Shown piece by piece: positions 18,478 to 28,212 of a stretch of DNA of 64,000 nt (position 1 is its first letter; every line of letters starts with the position of its first letter). Origin of the DNA: an uncultured Bacillota bacterium (GTDB taxonomy: Bacteria; Bacillota_I; Bacilli_A; ML615J-28; CAG-313). Made by a program: the position numbers and the translations under genes. The DNA is taken from the NCBI GenBank assembly GCA_946611195.1, contig CAMODB010000003.1, positions 5,264 to 69,263 on the forward strand, written 5' to 3'. The notes below the pieces were generated by a model, which saw only the letters and a list, made by a program, of their open reading frames with translations, was not told the origin of the DNA and searched no databases.

Positions 18478-19347
18478 ATGCTAGTACTATTTACAGATAG
18501 TGATGAAGATATCACATTAGAATTGGTAGAAAAATTAGGTGTAAAATTAATTAGTATGCCTTATATTATCAACGATGTTGAAATTAAACCATATGAAACT
18601 TGGAAAACTTTTGAACATAAAAAATTCTATCAAAGTTTAAGAGAAGGTACATTACCTAAAACTTGTGGATTAAGTCCGGAAACTTATATGGAATATTTTG
18701 AACCAGATTTTAAAGCCGGAAATGATATTTTATATATTCATTTTTCAAAAGCAATGTCTGGTACTTTTAACGCAATGAACATTGCGGTTGAAGAATTAAA
18801 AGAAAAATATCCCGAACGTAAATTCTATACAGTTGATACTAAAGGTATTACCATCAACGCATTTTTCACTATTCTTGAAATGGTTAAAAAATATAAAGAA
18901 GGTGCTACAGCTGAAGAATTAGTAGCATATGGTACTGATTTAGCTGAACATGTTGCAACCTATTTCTTTGCGGATACCCTAACTTTCTTTAGACATAGTG
19001 GTCGAGTAAGTAATTTTTCCGGTATTCTTGGTAATATGATTGGTATCAAACCAATTATCAATATGGGACAAGATGGAGTTATGAAATCCATTGGTAAAGC
19101 AAAAGGACGTAAAGCAGCTTTAAAAGCTTTAATCGATTCAATGGTAGAACTAGGAGATCATATAAAAGATTATCCAGTTATTATTGGTCATTGTGATTGT
19201 CCTGATTTAGCTGATCAATTAGAAAAAATGATTAAAGATCAATTTGGTCAAGACACCAATGTAATCAAAAATATCGTTAATCCAACCGCTGGAAGCCACT
19301 GTGGACCAGATAGTATGGGAGTTTGCTTTCACGCAATTCATCGATAA
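18478..19347 (+). CDS. DegV-family fatty-acid-binding protein (FakB-like)
   Basis: 289 aa; DegV pattern (LFTDSDEDIT…, SGRVSNFSGILGNMIGIKPI, PTAGSHCGP). Confidence 0.88.
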   Translation: MLVLFTDSDEDITLELVEKLGVKLISMPYIINDVEIKPYETWKTFEHKKFYQSLREGTLPKTCGLSPETYMEYFEPDFKAGNDILYIHFSKAMSGTFNAMNIAVEELKEKYPERKFYTVDTKGITINAFFTILEMVKKYKEGATAEELVAYGTDLAEHVATYFFADTLTFFRHSGRVSNFSGILGNMIGIKPIINMGQDGVMKSIGKAKGRKAALKALIDSMVELGDHIKDYPVIIGHCDCPDLADQLEKMIKDQFGQDTNVIKNIVNPTAGSHCGPDSMGVCFHAIHR

Positions 19348-19349
19348 TT

Positions 19350-20471
19350 ATGTTAGAAATTAGAGAAGTAAAAACGAGAAAAGAAATAAAAGACTTTATT
19401 AATTTTCCGGTAAATATTTTATATAAAAATAATCCTTATTTTGTTCCACCACTCTATAGTGATGAAAAGAAAATGTTTAAAAAGAATTATGTTTATTATG
19501 ATCAAGCAGAATCAGTATTCTATAATGCTTATTTAGATGGTAAAATGGTTGGTCGTATTCAAGGCATTATTCAAAACGAAAGTAATAAAAAATGGAATGA
19601 AAAAAAAGTACGTTTTACTCGTTTCGATGCTATAGACGATCAAGAAATTGCTAATAAACTTTTTGATAAAGTTTCTGAATGGGCAAAAAATAAAGGTATG
19701 ACAAAAATAGTTGGACCTTTAGGCTTTTCAGATTTAGAACGTGAAGGTCTTCTTGTTGAAGGATTTAATGAATTATCAACTTTTGAAGAACAATATAATT
19801 ATCCATATTATCAATCATTAATTGAAAACTATGGTTTTGTTAAAGAAGTAGGATGGGAAGAAAGACAATTAAGATTACCAGATGAAATTGATCCAAGAAT
19901 AGAAAGACTATCTAATTTAATGCTTAAAAGATACCATCTCCATTATGGAACCACTAAAAACACTAATGAATTCATAAAAAAATATGGTGATAAATTCTTT
20001 GATATTCTTGATGAAACTTATGAAAACATCTATGGTACTGTTCCTTTTACTGAAGGAATGAAAAAAATGATGATTCAAAATTTTAAACTTATTGTCGATA
20101 TTAAATATGTTGCGGTAATCGTTGATGAAAATGACCGCGTTGTATGTTTTGGAATTTGCTTCCCTTCTATTGCGAAAGCAGTTCAGAAATGTAAAGGTCA
20201 TTTAACACCTTTTGGTATTATTCGCTTACTACATACCATTAAACATCCAAAAGTAATCGATTTAGGTTTAATTGGTGTTTTACCAGAATATGCACAAAGA
20301 GGAATTGCGACATCCATTATTTGGCAAGTTCTTAAGATGTTAACTAATTCCAAAATTGAATATGCTGAAACAAATCTTAATTTAGAAGATAATAAAGCAA
20401 TTATTAATCAATGGAAATCATTTAATGCTCGTCTCCATAAAAAAAGAAATGCTTATATAAAAGATTTATAG
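19350..20471 (+). CDS. Large GNAT-family N-acetyltransferase (373 aa)
   Basis: Start moved to ATG 19350, 2 nt after the degV stop (MLEIREVKTRKEIKDF…). GNAT motif A-like IGVLPEYAQRGIATSI. Confidence 0.7.
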   Translation: MLEIREVKTRKEIKDFINFPVNILYKNNPYFVPPLYSDEKKMFKKNYVYYDQAESVFYNAYLDGKMVGRIQGIIQNESNKKWNEKKVRFTRFDAIDDQEIANKLFDKVSEWAKNKGMTKIVGPLGFSDLEREGLLVEGFNELSTFEEQYNYPYYQSLIENYGFVKEVGWEERQLRLPDEIDPRIERLSNLMLKRYHLHYGTTKNTNEFIKKYGDKFFDILDETYENIYGTVPFTEGMKKMMIQNFKLIVDIKYVAVIVDENDRVVCFGICFPSIAKAVQKCKGHLTPFGIIRLLHTIKHPKVIDLGLIGVLPEYAQRGIATSIIWQVLKMLTNSKIEYAETNLNLEDNKAIINQWKSFNARLHKKRNAYIKDL

Positions 20472-20476
20472 AACAA

Positions 20477-20510
20477 AACTCCCAATTTTTTAAATTGGGA
20501 GTTATTTTTA
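20477..20510. terminator. Bidirectional terminator between convergent GNAT gene and coaD
   Basis: 12-bp stem aactcccaattt (20477-20488) / aaattgggagtt (20492-20503), then atttttatt. Confidence 0.8.
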
Positions 20511-20984
20511 TTCATATTTTTTTATTAAAGCTTCTTTAACATTTTCCGGAACAAATAAAGAAACATCGCCTTTAAATTTAGCTATTTCTTTAACACTAGA
20601 TGATGATAAATAAGAATAATTATGATCAGCCATAACAAAGATAGTTTCTATTTTATTATCAAGAATATGATTAAAAGTTGACATTTGTAATTCATATTCA
20701 AAATCGGATACCATTCGTAAACCACGAACAATAACAGAGGCACCAATTTCTTCCGCAAAATTAACCGTTAATTTAGAAGTAACTAAAACTTCGACGTTAT
20801 TATATTCTTTTACTAATTCTTCTATTAAGGCTTTTCTCTCTTCAACACTGAAGAGAGTTTTTTTATTAATATTATCATTGATAACAATCACTAATTTATC
20901 AAATAGATTTCTTGTTCTTTTAATAATATCTAAATGACCATTTGTAATTGGATCAAATGTACCTGGGTATATCGCAATAATCAT
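20508..20984 (-). CDS. coaD: Phosphopantetheine adenylyltransferase
   Basis: 158 aa; PGTFDPITNGHLDI nucleotidyltransferase motif. Confidence 0.95.
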   Translation of the reverse strand: MIIAIYPGTFDPITNGHLDIIKRTRNLFDKLVIVINDNINKKTLFSVEERKALIEELVKEYNNVEVLVTSKLTVNFAEEIGASVIVRGLRMVSDFEYELQMSTFNHILDNKIETIFVMADHNYSYLSSSSVKEIAKFKGDVSLFVPENVKEALIKKYE

Positions 20985-20985
20985 T

Positions 20986-21531
20986 TTATTCCCTTTCTAA
21001 AATTAGAATTTCACTACTTGAATATACTTTACATAATTTAATACGATAACCATCATAATCTTTTTCAACAACATCTTCTTTTGGATATTCACTGACAATA
21101 TAACCACCATCACTAATCATATCATTTTTAATTAAAAATGAAATGATTTCATCAATTACTTTCATTCGAAATGGGGGATCAATAAATACTAAATCAAATT
21201 TTTGATGTTTCATACTTGATAAAAGATTTTGATAATCAGTATGATGAATTTCTAATTCATTACCTATTTTTAATTTATCCTTATTCGCTTTAATAATTTT
21301 AACCGCATCAATGCTTAATTCACTTATATATGCTTTACTAGCACCTCTTGAAATGGCTTCGAGTGATAAAGCCCCACTTCCACCAAATAAATCCAAAGTG
21401 ATAAAACCAGGAATATAAGAACCTAAAGAATTAAAAATAGCTTCTTTAGTCGCATCAAGAGTAGGTCGCGTAGCTAATCCTTCTAATGTATAAAGTTTAG
21501 TACCGCGATATTTTCCCGCAATAATACGCAT
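20986..21531 (-). CDS. rsmD: 16S rRNA (guanine966-N2)-methyltransferase RsmD
   Basis: 181 aa; LDLFGGSGALSLEAISRGA SAM motif and FIDPPF; conserved rsmD-coaD pairing. Confidence 0.9.
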   Translation of the reverse strand: MRIIAGKYRGTKLYTLEGLATRPTLDATKEAIFNSLGSYIPGFITLDLFGGSGALSLEAISRGASKAYISELSIDAVKIIKANKDKLKIGNELEIHHTDYQNLLSSMKHQKFDLVFIDPPFRMKVIDEIISFLIKNDMISDGGYIVSEYPKEDVVEKDYDGYRIKLCKVYSSSEILILERE

Positions 21532-21533
21532 TA

Positions 21534-21845
21534 TTAATCAATTACTCTTTCTATATAATAATAATCTTCGCTTTGATCGTATTTAATAGTGTATTTTACA
21601 CCTACTACTTCAAAATCTGGGTAATTTTCACCTTTTTCAAGTTCTGTGATGTGATTTAAGATAATCATATTATCATAATTATCTTTTCCACCTTTTTTAA
21701 GTGGCATTACATATGATACAACCCAACCAACTTGGTTTTCAATCATATAATCATCTCTTTTGATTTTCTTTCCCGCAAAATCATGAGAATAATCTACATC
21801 ACCAAATTCTCTAAGCCAAACTTTTAAAGCTTCTTCTTTGTTCAT
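21534..21845 (-). CDS. Small HNH-like protein lacking the first catalytic His (tentative)
   Basis: Start set at ATG 21845-21843 (RBS AAAGGAG 8 nt upstream; the track uses an upstream TTG). DFAGKKIKRDDY…GWVVSYVMPLKKGGKDNYDNMIILNH resembles the D.aG..I…GW.vDHI.P…GG…N…H layout of small HNH nucleases, with DH replaced by SY. Confidence 0.5.
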   Translation of the reverse strand: MNKEEALKVWLREFGDVDYSHDFAGKKIKRDDYMIENQVGWVVSYVMPLKKGGKDNYDNMIILNHITELEKGENYPDFEVVGVKYTIKYDQSEDYYYIERVID

Positions 21846-21904
21846 TTGAATTACTCCTTTTGTCGCATAAAGTATAACAAATTTTTTTAATTTATGCAAA
21901 TTTT

Positions 21905-23191
21905 TTATTTATATAGACTCATTAAATCTTTTAATTCTTGTCTTCTGACAACTAATTTAGGTTTATCAGATACAAAAACAATCGCTGGTTTTAACATATT
22001 ATTATAATTGCTAGACATTGAATAAGTATAAGCACCAGTACTATAAACCATTAAATAATCATTCTTATCTGGTTTAGGTAATCTTAAATCAATTGCTAAA
22101 ATATCACCAGATTCACAACATTTACCAGCTATATCATATATTTCATTCTTTTCATCATTCATTTTCATAACTATATCAGCACTATATTTGGCTTGATATA
22201 AAGCTGGACGAATATTATCAGCCATACCACCATCAACAAACAAGAATTTATGATGATTGATATTTTCTTTGATATCACAACATTTATAAATTGTTACACA
22301 ACTATTACCTAAAATACTACGACCTGGTTCAATAAATAAATCTTTAATTCTTAAATTTAATTGTTTATTTAAGGTTTTAACTAATTCTACCATTTTAGGT
22401 AAAAGACTTTTTACATCCAAACCAGCATCAGTTTCCAAATATTTTATACCAAAACCACCCCCAAAATTAATAGTTGTTAAAGGATATTGATATAAATTTT
22501 CAACTTGTTTACTAAAAGCCATCATTTTTCTTACATTTAATAAGAAAGGTTCTTCTTCAAATATTTGCGAACCAATATGGGAATGAAAACCTAATAATTT
22601 AACATTCTTATTATCTTTATAACAATTCATGATTAAATTAATGCGTTCATTATCATAAATAGATTCACCAAATTTAGAAGTATTAAGGGAAGTTTGAACA
22701 TATTTATGGGTATGAGCTTCAATACCTGGATTTACACGAAATAAGGTTTTAGCTTTTTGATTATTTTCCTGACAATAATTTATTAAATCAATTAATTCTT
22801 CTAAATGATCAACGACGATTATTACTTTATTATCAACCGCAAATTTTAATTCTTCAATTGATTTATTATTACCATGGAAAACAACTTTATTCATTGGAAA
22901 GCCACTTTCTTTAATAACATATAAATCTCCTAAACTAACCGCATCAATATAAAGACCTTTTTCTTTACAAATCTTCACAATTGAAGGAATAAGTAAGGCT
23001 TTAGAAGCATAAACAGTATGACAAGAAAAATCAGCACTTTGAAAATGAGTTAAAAAATCATCCATATTTTCTCTTAATTCGATTTCATCGAAGACATAAA
23101 GAGGTGTTTGATATTGTTTAGCTAAATCAACATAAGAAATATTTCTTAAATAAGCACTATTATCAATTATATTTAAATATTTAGGTTTCAT
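21905..23191 (-). CDS. lysA: Diaminopimelate decarboxylase (Orn/DAP/Arg decarboxylase family)
   Basis: Start at ATG 23191-23189 (MKPKYLNI…), 1 nt after the dut stop. Motifs EPGRSILGN, GKCCESGD, YSTGAYTYSMSSNYN. Confidence 0.85.
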   Translation of the reverse strand: MKPKYLNIIDNSAYLRNISYVDLAKQYQTPLYVFDEIELRENMDDFLTHFQSADFSCHTVYASKALLIPSIVKICKEKGLYIDAVSLGDLYVIKESGFPMNKVVFHGNNKSIEELKFAVDNKVIIVVDHLEELIDLINYCQENNQKAKTLFRVNPGIEAHTHKYVQTSLNTSKFGESIYDNERINLIMNCYKDNKNVKLLGFHSHIGSQIFEEEPFLLNVRKMMAFSKQVENLYQYPLTTINFGGGFGIKYLETDAGLDVKSLLPKMVELVKTLNKQLNLRIKDLFIEPGRSILGNSCVTIYKCCDIKENINHHKFLFVDGGMADNIRPALYQAKYSADIVMKMNDEKNEIYDIAGKCCESGDILAIDLRLPKPDKNDYLMVYSTGAYTYSMSSNYNNMLKPAIVFVSDKPKLVVRRQELKDLMSLYK

Positions 23192-23192
23192 T

Positions 23193-23708
23193 TTATTGTT
23201 TATTTGTACTACCAAAGCCACCATTACGGACTTCTGTAGTATCATCATCATAAGTAATGCCGTATTCTAAGAAAATACCTTGTGCAAAACCCATGCCTTT
23301 CTTTAATAATACTTCTTTTTCTTCTTTAGCATCACATGTTATCTTAATAAAGATATGACCTTCATTATCGGAATAATAATAATCACTATCAATAATACCA
23401 ACCGTATTATCAAGTTGAATTCGATATTTAAAGCCTAAAGAACTTCGAGGATAAATTTTAAGTACCCATCCTGGTTCCATTTTACATCTTACACCAGTTG
23501 GAATAAGTAAAGTTTCACCACTTTTAATTGTTGCGGCATCAATCATATGAAAATCATATCCCGCACTACCAACAGTAGCTCTCTTAGGTAAAATTATATC
23601 ATCATATATTTTTTGAATGATTGGTAGAGGCGTATCTTTACTGAATTTTAGATAACTTTCTACAAAATTAGGGAATGATACTTTTTCAAATTGTGCTATT
23701 TTTTTCAT
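23193..23708 (-). CDS. dut: dUTP diphosphatase (trimeric dUTPase with N-terminal extension)
   Basis: 171 aa; motifs GSAGYDF, PRSSLG, GIIDSDY, RNGGFGST. Confidence 0.88.
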   Translation of the reverse strand: MKKIAQFEKVSFPNFVESYLKFSKDTPLPIIQKIYDDIILPKRATVGSAGYDFHMIDAATIKSGETLLIPTGVRCKMEPGWVLKIYPRSSLGFKYRIQLDNTVGIIDSDYYYSDNEGHIFIKITCDAKEEKEVLLKKGMGFAQGIFLEYGITYDDDTTEVRNGGFGSTNKQ

Positions 23709-23774
23709 TTTTCTCTTGTCCTTATCTCTTATTTCTTTTATATTTTATCATAAATAATAAATCTTTACAAGAAA

Positions 23775-23800
23775 TTAAAAAAGGAAACCATCGTTTCCTT
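23775..23800 (-). terminator. Rho-independent terminator after the second degV gene
   Basis: Stem aaggaaac (23781-23788) / gtttcctt (23793-23800), loop catc. A-run on the plus side gives a U-run on the minus transcript. 5 nt after the stop at 23805. Confidence 0.75.
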
Positions 23801-23804
23801 CAGT

Positions 23805-24686
23805 CTACGCATCATATTTTTTAATTATTCCTACACCAATTGGATAAGGTCCAGTATGAACTGCTATAGTAGCCCCAATTTGGCCAAAAGGAAAATCAGC
23901 TTTTGTAAAATAAGATTGTAATTTTGTTTTTAATTTTTCATAATCTTCATGATTTATTCCAGTACCAATGATGAAAGCATAATCATCGGGATTAAGGTGA
24001 TTTTCTTCAAAGAATTTAACACAATTCTTATATACTTTTACAATAGATTGGTTCTTAGTAAAAGCAACCCCTTCACTGAAGATTTCCCCTTCTTTAAGTA
24101 TAATGAGCGGTTTAATTTTAAAAGTAGCTGCTATTAAGCCCTTTAATTTACCAATTCGACCACCATGTCTTAAATAATCAATACTACCAATCGTAAAGAA
24201 AATACGCGCTGTTTCTTTAATTCGATTGGTTTCTTTTACTGCTTCATCAAGACTTAAATTATTTTGATTCATACGACAAACTTCTAAAACCAATAATCCT
24301 TGGATACAAGTATTGATACGAGCATCAATGACTTCAACTCTAATTCCGGGATATTCATTTTCAATTTCTTCTTTCGCAAGAATTGCGGAATTATATGAAC
24401 CGCTAAATTTAGTTGTAATACAAATACAAATCATATCTAAACCGACTTTAGCATATTTTTCAAAAGTCTTTTTGTAATCAGCAACTGTTGGCATCGAAGT
24501 TTTCGGATAAATATTAGGATTATCTACCATTTGTTTATAAAAATCTAATATTCCTATTTCATCCCGTTCTTTTAAATAAGTTTCGCCATCCATGCTGACA
24601 TAAAATGGTACGATATCAATATCATTCTTGGCTATTAATTCTTCTGTTAAATCACATGAGCCATCAGAAATAACTTTAAAACTCAT
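23805..24686 (-). CDS. DegV-family fatty-acid-binding protein (second FakB-like paralogue)
   Basis: 293 aa; MSFKVISDGSCDLT…, IDYLRHGGRIGKL, ATIAVHTGP. Confidence 0.88.
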   Translation of the reverse strand: MSFKVISDGSCDLTEELIAKNDIDIVPFYVSMDGETYLKERDEIGILDFYKQMVDNPNIYPKTSMPTVADYKKTFEKYAKVGLDMICICITTKFSGSYNSAILAKEEIENEYPGIRVEVIDARINTCIQGLLVLEVCRMNQNNLSLDEAVKETNRIKETARIFFTIGSIDYLRHGGRIGKLKGLIAATFKIKPLIILKEGEIFSEGVAFTKNQSIVKVYKNCVKFFEENHLNPDDYAFIIGTGINHEDYEKLKTKLQSYFTKADFPFGQIGATIAVHTGPYPIGVGIIKKYDA

Positions 24687-24760
24687 AATATCCCTCTTTT
24701 TTTAGAAAAATTTCTTTTATAATTAATTTTATCTAAACTTTTTAAACTCTTCATTAACTT

Positions 24761-25987
24761 TTAATAATTTTTAACCAATTCTTTTAATACTTCAACCATT
24801 ATTGACGCAAGATCAACATCTAAATATTCAAATGGTCCATGGAAATTTTGACCACCCGTTCCTAAATTAGGACATAAGATTCCCATAAATGATAAACGAG
24901 CCCCATCTGTTCCTCCTCTAATGGGAACATATTTAACATCTAAGCCTTGACTAAGAAGCGCTAATTCTGCTTTTTTAAGAATTGATTTATCTAAATCAAT
25001 CTTTTCTTTCATATTATAATAGCTATCTTTTATCTCAACTTTTACTAATTCTTTATGATATTTATCATTTATCTTCTTTTGTAAATCATAAAACATCTTC
25101 TTTTGTTCATTGAATTTAGCCATATCATGATTACGAATAATAAAATGCATTATTGTTTCTGATACAGTACCATTAAAAGATGTTAAATGATTGAATCCTT
25201 CATATCCTTTAGTACATTCAGGTCTTAATAAAGGAGAAAGAGTATTAAAAAATTCCATGGCGACAATCTGACTATTAATCATCTTTTGATAAGCAGAACC
25301 AGGATGAATTGATTTTCCTTTAATTACAACTTTACATGATGCGGCATTGAAATTTTCACATTCAATATGTGATGGAATATCGCCATCAATCGTATAAGCT
25401 TTATGACAATGATGTTTTTCATAATAAGAAATATTAAATAAATCTGCACCACGACCGATTTCTTCATCAGGAGTAAAGGTTATAATAAGACCACAATGTT
25501 TTAAATTATTTTTTATAATCTCTTCAACACAAGTCATGATTATAGCAACCCCACTCTTATCATCAGCTCCAAGTAGCGTTGTTCCATCAGTTGTAATTAA
25601 AGTATGACCGATTTGTTCATTTAATAAATTAAATTCTTTTGGATCAAGAATAATTCCTAATTCTTGATTAACAATAATTGGCTTACCATCATAAGAATCG
25701 ATGATTTGTGGCTTAACATCTTTACCACTAGCTTCATCACTTGTATCCATATGAGCAATTAAACCAATTACTTCATCACTTTTGTTATTTGCTTCTAAAT
25801 ATGCATAAACATAACCATGTTCATCAATAAAAGCATTATCTAGACCCATTTCTTTTAATTCTTTAACTAATTCTTGACCTAATAACAATTGTTTAGCGGT
25901 TGATGGGCAAGTTAAACTTTCTTCATTTGATTGCGTATCAAAACTAATATAATGTAAAAACTTCTTTAAAAAATTCTTATTAACCAT
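24761..25987 (-). CDS. pepT: Peptidase T (tripeptide aminopeptidase, M20B)
   Basis: 408 aa; FLHYISFDTQS, IAHMDT, LGADDKSG, TPDEEIG, GGTDG motifs. Confidence 0.9.
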   Translation of the reverse strand: MVNKNFLKKFLHYISFDTQSNEESLTCPSTAKQLLLGQELVKELKEMGLDNAFIDEHGYVYAYLEANNKSDEVIGLIAHMDTSDEASGKDVKPQIIDSYDGKPIIVNQELGIILDPKEFNLLNEQIGHTLITTDGTTLLGADDKSGVAIIMTCVEEIIKNNLKHCGLIITFTPDEEIGRGADLFNISYYEKHHCHKAYTIDGDIPSHIECENFNAASCKVVIKGKSIHPGSAYQKMINSQIVAMEFFNTLSPLLRPECTKGYEGFNHLTSFNGTVSETIMHFIIRNHDMAKFNEQKKMFYDLQKKINDKYHKELVKVEIKDSYYNMKEKIDLDKSILKKAELALLSQGLDVKYVPIRGGTDGARLSFMGILCPNLGTGGQNFHGPFEYLDVDLASIMVEVLKELVKNY

Positions 25988-25990
25988 TTT

Positions 25991-27295
25991 CTACCTAACT
26001 ATTTCTAATATTTTATTTATTCTTTCTACTTTTTGTTCACTAAATTTATAGGCTTCAATAACTTTTTCTTTAGCTAAATCAATATTTTTATTATTAGTAT
26101 ATAATGTAGCTAAGACATCATTATCTTTAACTAAATCGCCTACTTTTTTATTTAAAACTATACCAACTGATAAATCAATTGATTCTTCTTTCGTTTCTCT
26201 TCCAGCACCTAATAACATAGCAGCTTCACCAATATCTAAGGCGTTAAGTTTTTCAACATATTTAGGTTCACCATGATAAATAACTGGTTTTGTCACTTTA
26301 CTGATATGTAATAATTCATAATCATCACAAACTCTTTCATCACCATGTTGCCATTTAACCATTTGTCTAAATTTTTCTAAGCCACTACGATTATTAATAG
26401 CTTCTAATGTCATTTTTTCAGCTTCGCTATCATTTTTACAAATACCACAAAGTACTAAAATTTCTTTAACAAAGCTAATACATAATTCTGTAAAATCTTT
26501 AGGTCCATTTCCTTTTAAGGTTTCAATAGCTTCTCTTATTTCTACAGCATTACCAACGGCATCCCCTAAGGGTTCACTCATATCCGTTAAAGTAGCAACC
26601 GTTTTTCTTTTTGCTAGAGTTCCAATTTTAACCATTGCTTTTGCTAAAGTTTCTGCACTCTTTAAATCTTTCATAAAGGCCCCTTCGCCAACTTTAACAT
26701 CTAAAACAATCGTATCAGCACAACTAGCAATTTTTTTAGACATAATTGATGATGCAATTAAAGGAATACTTTCAATAGTACCTGTTACATCTCTTAAAGC
26801 ATATAATAATTTATCAGCGGGTGCTATATTAGCTGTTTGACCAATAATCGATAAACCAATCGCATTTACTTGATCAAAGAATTCATCAGCCGATAATTCA
26901 ATTTTAAAACCTGGTATACTTTCTAATTTATCTAAAGTACCACCGGTATGACCTAATCCCCGACCACTCATCTTAGCCATTTTAACACCGCATGCACTAG
27001 CTAAAGGAATAACTACTAAACTGGTTTTATCACCTACACCACCAGTAGAATGTTTATCACAAGTTACACCTTTTATTTTTGATAAATCTACTTTTTCTCC
27101 ACTATTTAGCATTGCATTAGTAAAAGCTAATTGTTCTTCTTCACTCATTCCTTGAAAATAAACAGCCATTAGAAAAGAACTAATTTGATAATCTGGTATC
27201 TTTTTATTAGTATAGCCATCAATTATATAATGAATTTCTTCTTCTGTTAAATGTTCGCCATTTCTTTTCTTAAGAATTAAATCAACCATTCTCAT
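25991..27295 (-). CDS. pdp: Pyrimidine-nucleoside phosphorylase
   Basis: 434 aa; MRMVDLILKKRNG…, DKHSTGGVGDKTSL, SGRGLGHTGGTLDKLES. Confidence 0.93.
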   Translation of the reverse strand: MRMVDLILKKRNGEHLTEEEIHYIIDGYTNKKIPDYQISSFLMAVYFQGMSEEEQLAFTNAMLNSGEKVDLSKIKGVTCDKHSTGGVGDKTSLVVIPLASACGVKMAKMSGRGLGHTGGTLDKLESIPGFKIELSADEFFDQVNAIGLSIIGQTANIAPADKLLYALRDVTGTIESIPLIASSIMSKKIASCADTIVLDVKVGEGAFMKDLKSAETLAKAMVKIGTLAKRKTVATLTDMSEPLGDAVGNAVEIREAIETLKGNGPKDFTELCISFVKEILVLCGICKNDSEAEKMTLEAINNRSGLEKFRQMVKWQHGDERVCDDYELLHISKVTKPVIYHGEPKYVEKLNALDIGEAAMLLGAGRETKEESIDLSVGIVLNKKVGDLVKDNDVLATLYTNNKNIDLAKEKVIEAYKFSEQKVERINKILEIVR

Positions 27296-28140
27296 TTCTT
27301 CTTAACCTCCAAAGAGCGATATTTTTTTCTTGCAGCAAGAATAGCATTTTGCGTTAAATCATGACTCTTTTCTGCAAATTCAATCGTATTTAAATCTTTA
27401 TAATCATCATATTCATAACATTCCACGATTTCCACATATACTTTTTTGGGTATAAAAGGAATAAAAACGGGGATATGTTTATTATAATCAATAGCACAAA
27501 GAACTACTTGCGATTTCGTTTTTAAAGGTATTTTAAAACTACCAGGATGATAAGGACCAACCATATTATTTTTTGTTCTTGTACCTTCCGGATAAATCAT
27601 AAAATTTACACCATGTTTTACTTTATCAATAATTTTGATAATACTCATTAAGGCTTTTTTATCATCTTTTCTATCTACACTAACTCCCCCTAAGGCTTGC
27701 ACCATCTTGCCAAAAATAGGATTAGTATTATGTTCTTCTTTGTACATACTAGCACGTGGATAATCTTTAAATACTAAATCATATAAAATAATATCGGTAA
27801 AATGAACATGATTTGAATAGAAAATAATTGGTAAATTATTCTTTATTTTTTCAATTCCGACTATTTGATATTTTAGACCTAACCAAAAACAAGAAAAACG
27901 CGAAACATCATTCATAAAACGCCATCTTTTCTTATCTTGTGGTTCATCTGTTTTCGCATATTTAAGACCTAAGAAATGAAGAGATATTAATATCGCAACA
28001 CAGATCAAAATAAAAATAATCAACCAAGTACAAATAGGTAAGACAATAATTTGCCACAAAGGTTGTTTAAAAAGAATATTAATAATAAGTACACTAATAA
28101 AACCTAAAAGAGGTAGGATTAAAGACAAAATAAAAAACAT
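27292..28140 (-). CDS. plsC: 1-acyl-sn-glycerol-3-phosphate acyltransferase-like protein
   Basis: 282 aa; two N-terminal TM helices; HX4D box NHVHFTD and YPEGTRT box; ATGA overlap with pdp. Confidence 0.75.
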   Translation of the reverse strand: MFFILSLILPLLGFISVLIINILFKQPLWQIIVLPICTWLIIFILICVAILISLHFLGLKYAKTDEPQDKKRWRFMNDVSRFSCFWLGLKYQIVGIEKIKNNLPIIFYSNHVHFTDIILYDLVFKDYPRASMYKEEHNTNPIFGKMVQALGGVSVDRKDDKKALMSIIKIIDKVKHGVNFMIYPEGTRTKNNMVGPYHPGSFKIPLKTKSQVVLCAIDYNKHIPVFIPFIPKKVYVEIVECYEYDDYKDLNTIEFAEKSHDLTQNAILAARKKYRSLEVKKK

Positions 28141-28167
28141 GATATACTTTCCTTTATTATATAATAA

Positions 28168-28196
28168 AGTATATCATATTTTTTATCATTTTTCAA
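28168..28196 (-). promoter_or_regulatory. Predicted promoter TTGAAA-17-TGaTATACT for plsC
   Basis: Minus-strand TTGAAA (28196-28191), 17-nt spacer, TG-extended TATACT (28173-28168). Embedded in the palindromic region 28141-28175. Confidence 0.5.
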
Positions 28197-28212
28197 AACT
28201 AATAGTTATTTA

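Noticed and set aside
23193-23708. dUTPase as a marker of a phage-derived island
   Set aside because: It sits in a tight operon with lysA, rsmD and coaD, with no integrase, repressor or att-like repeats. Judged to be the chromosomal dut.
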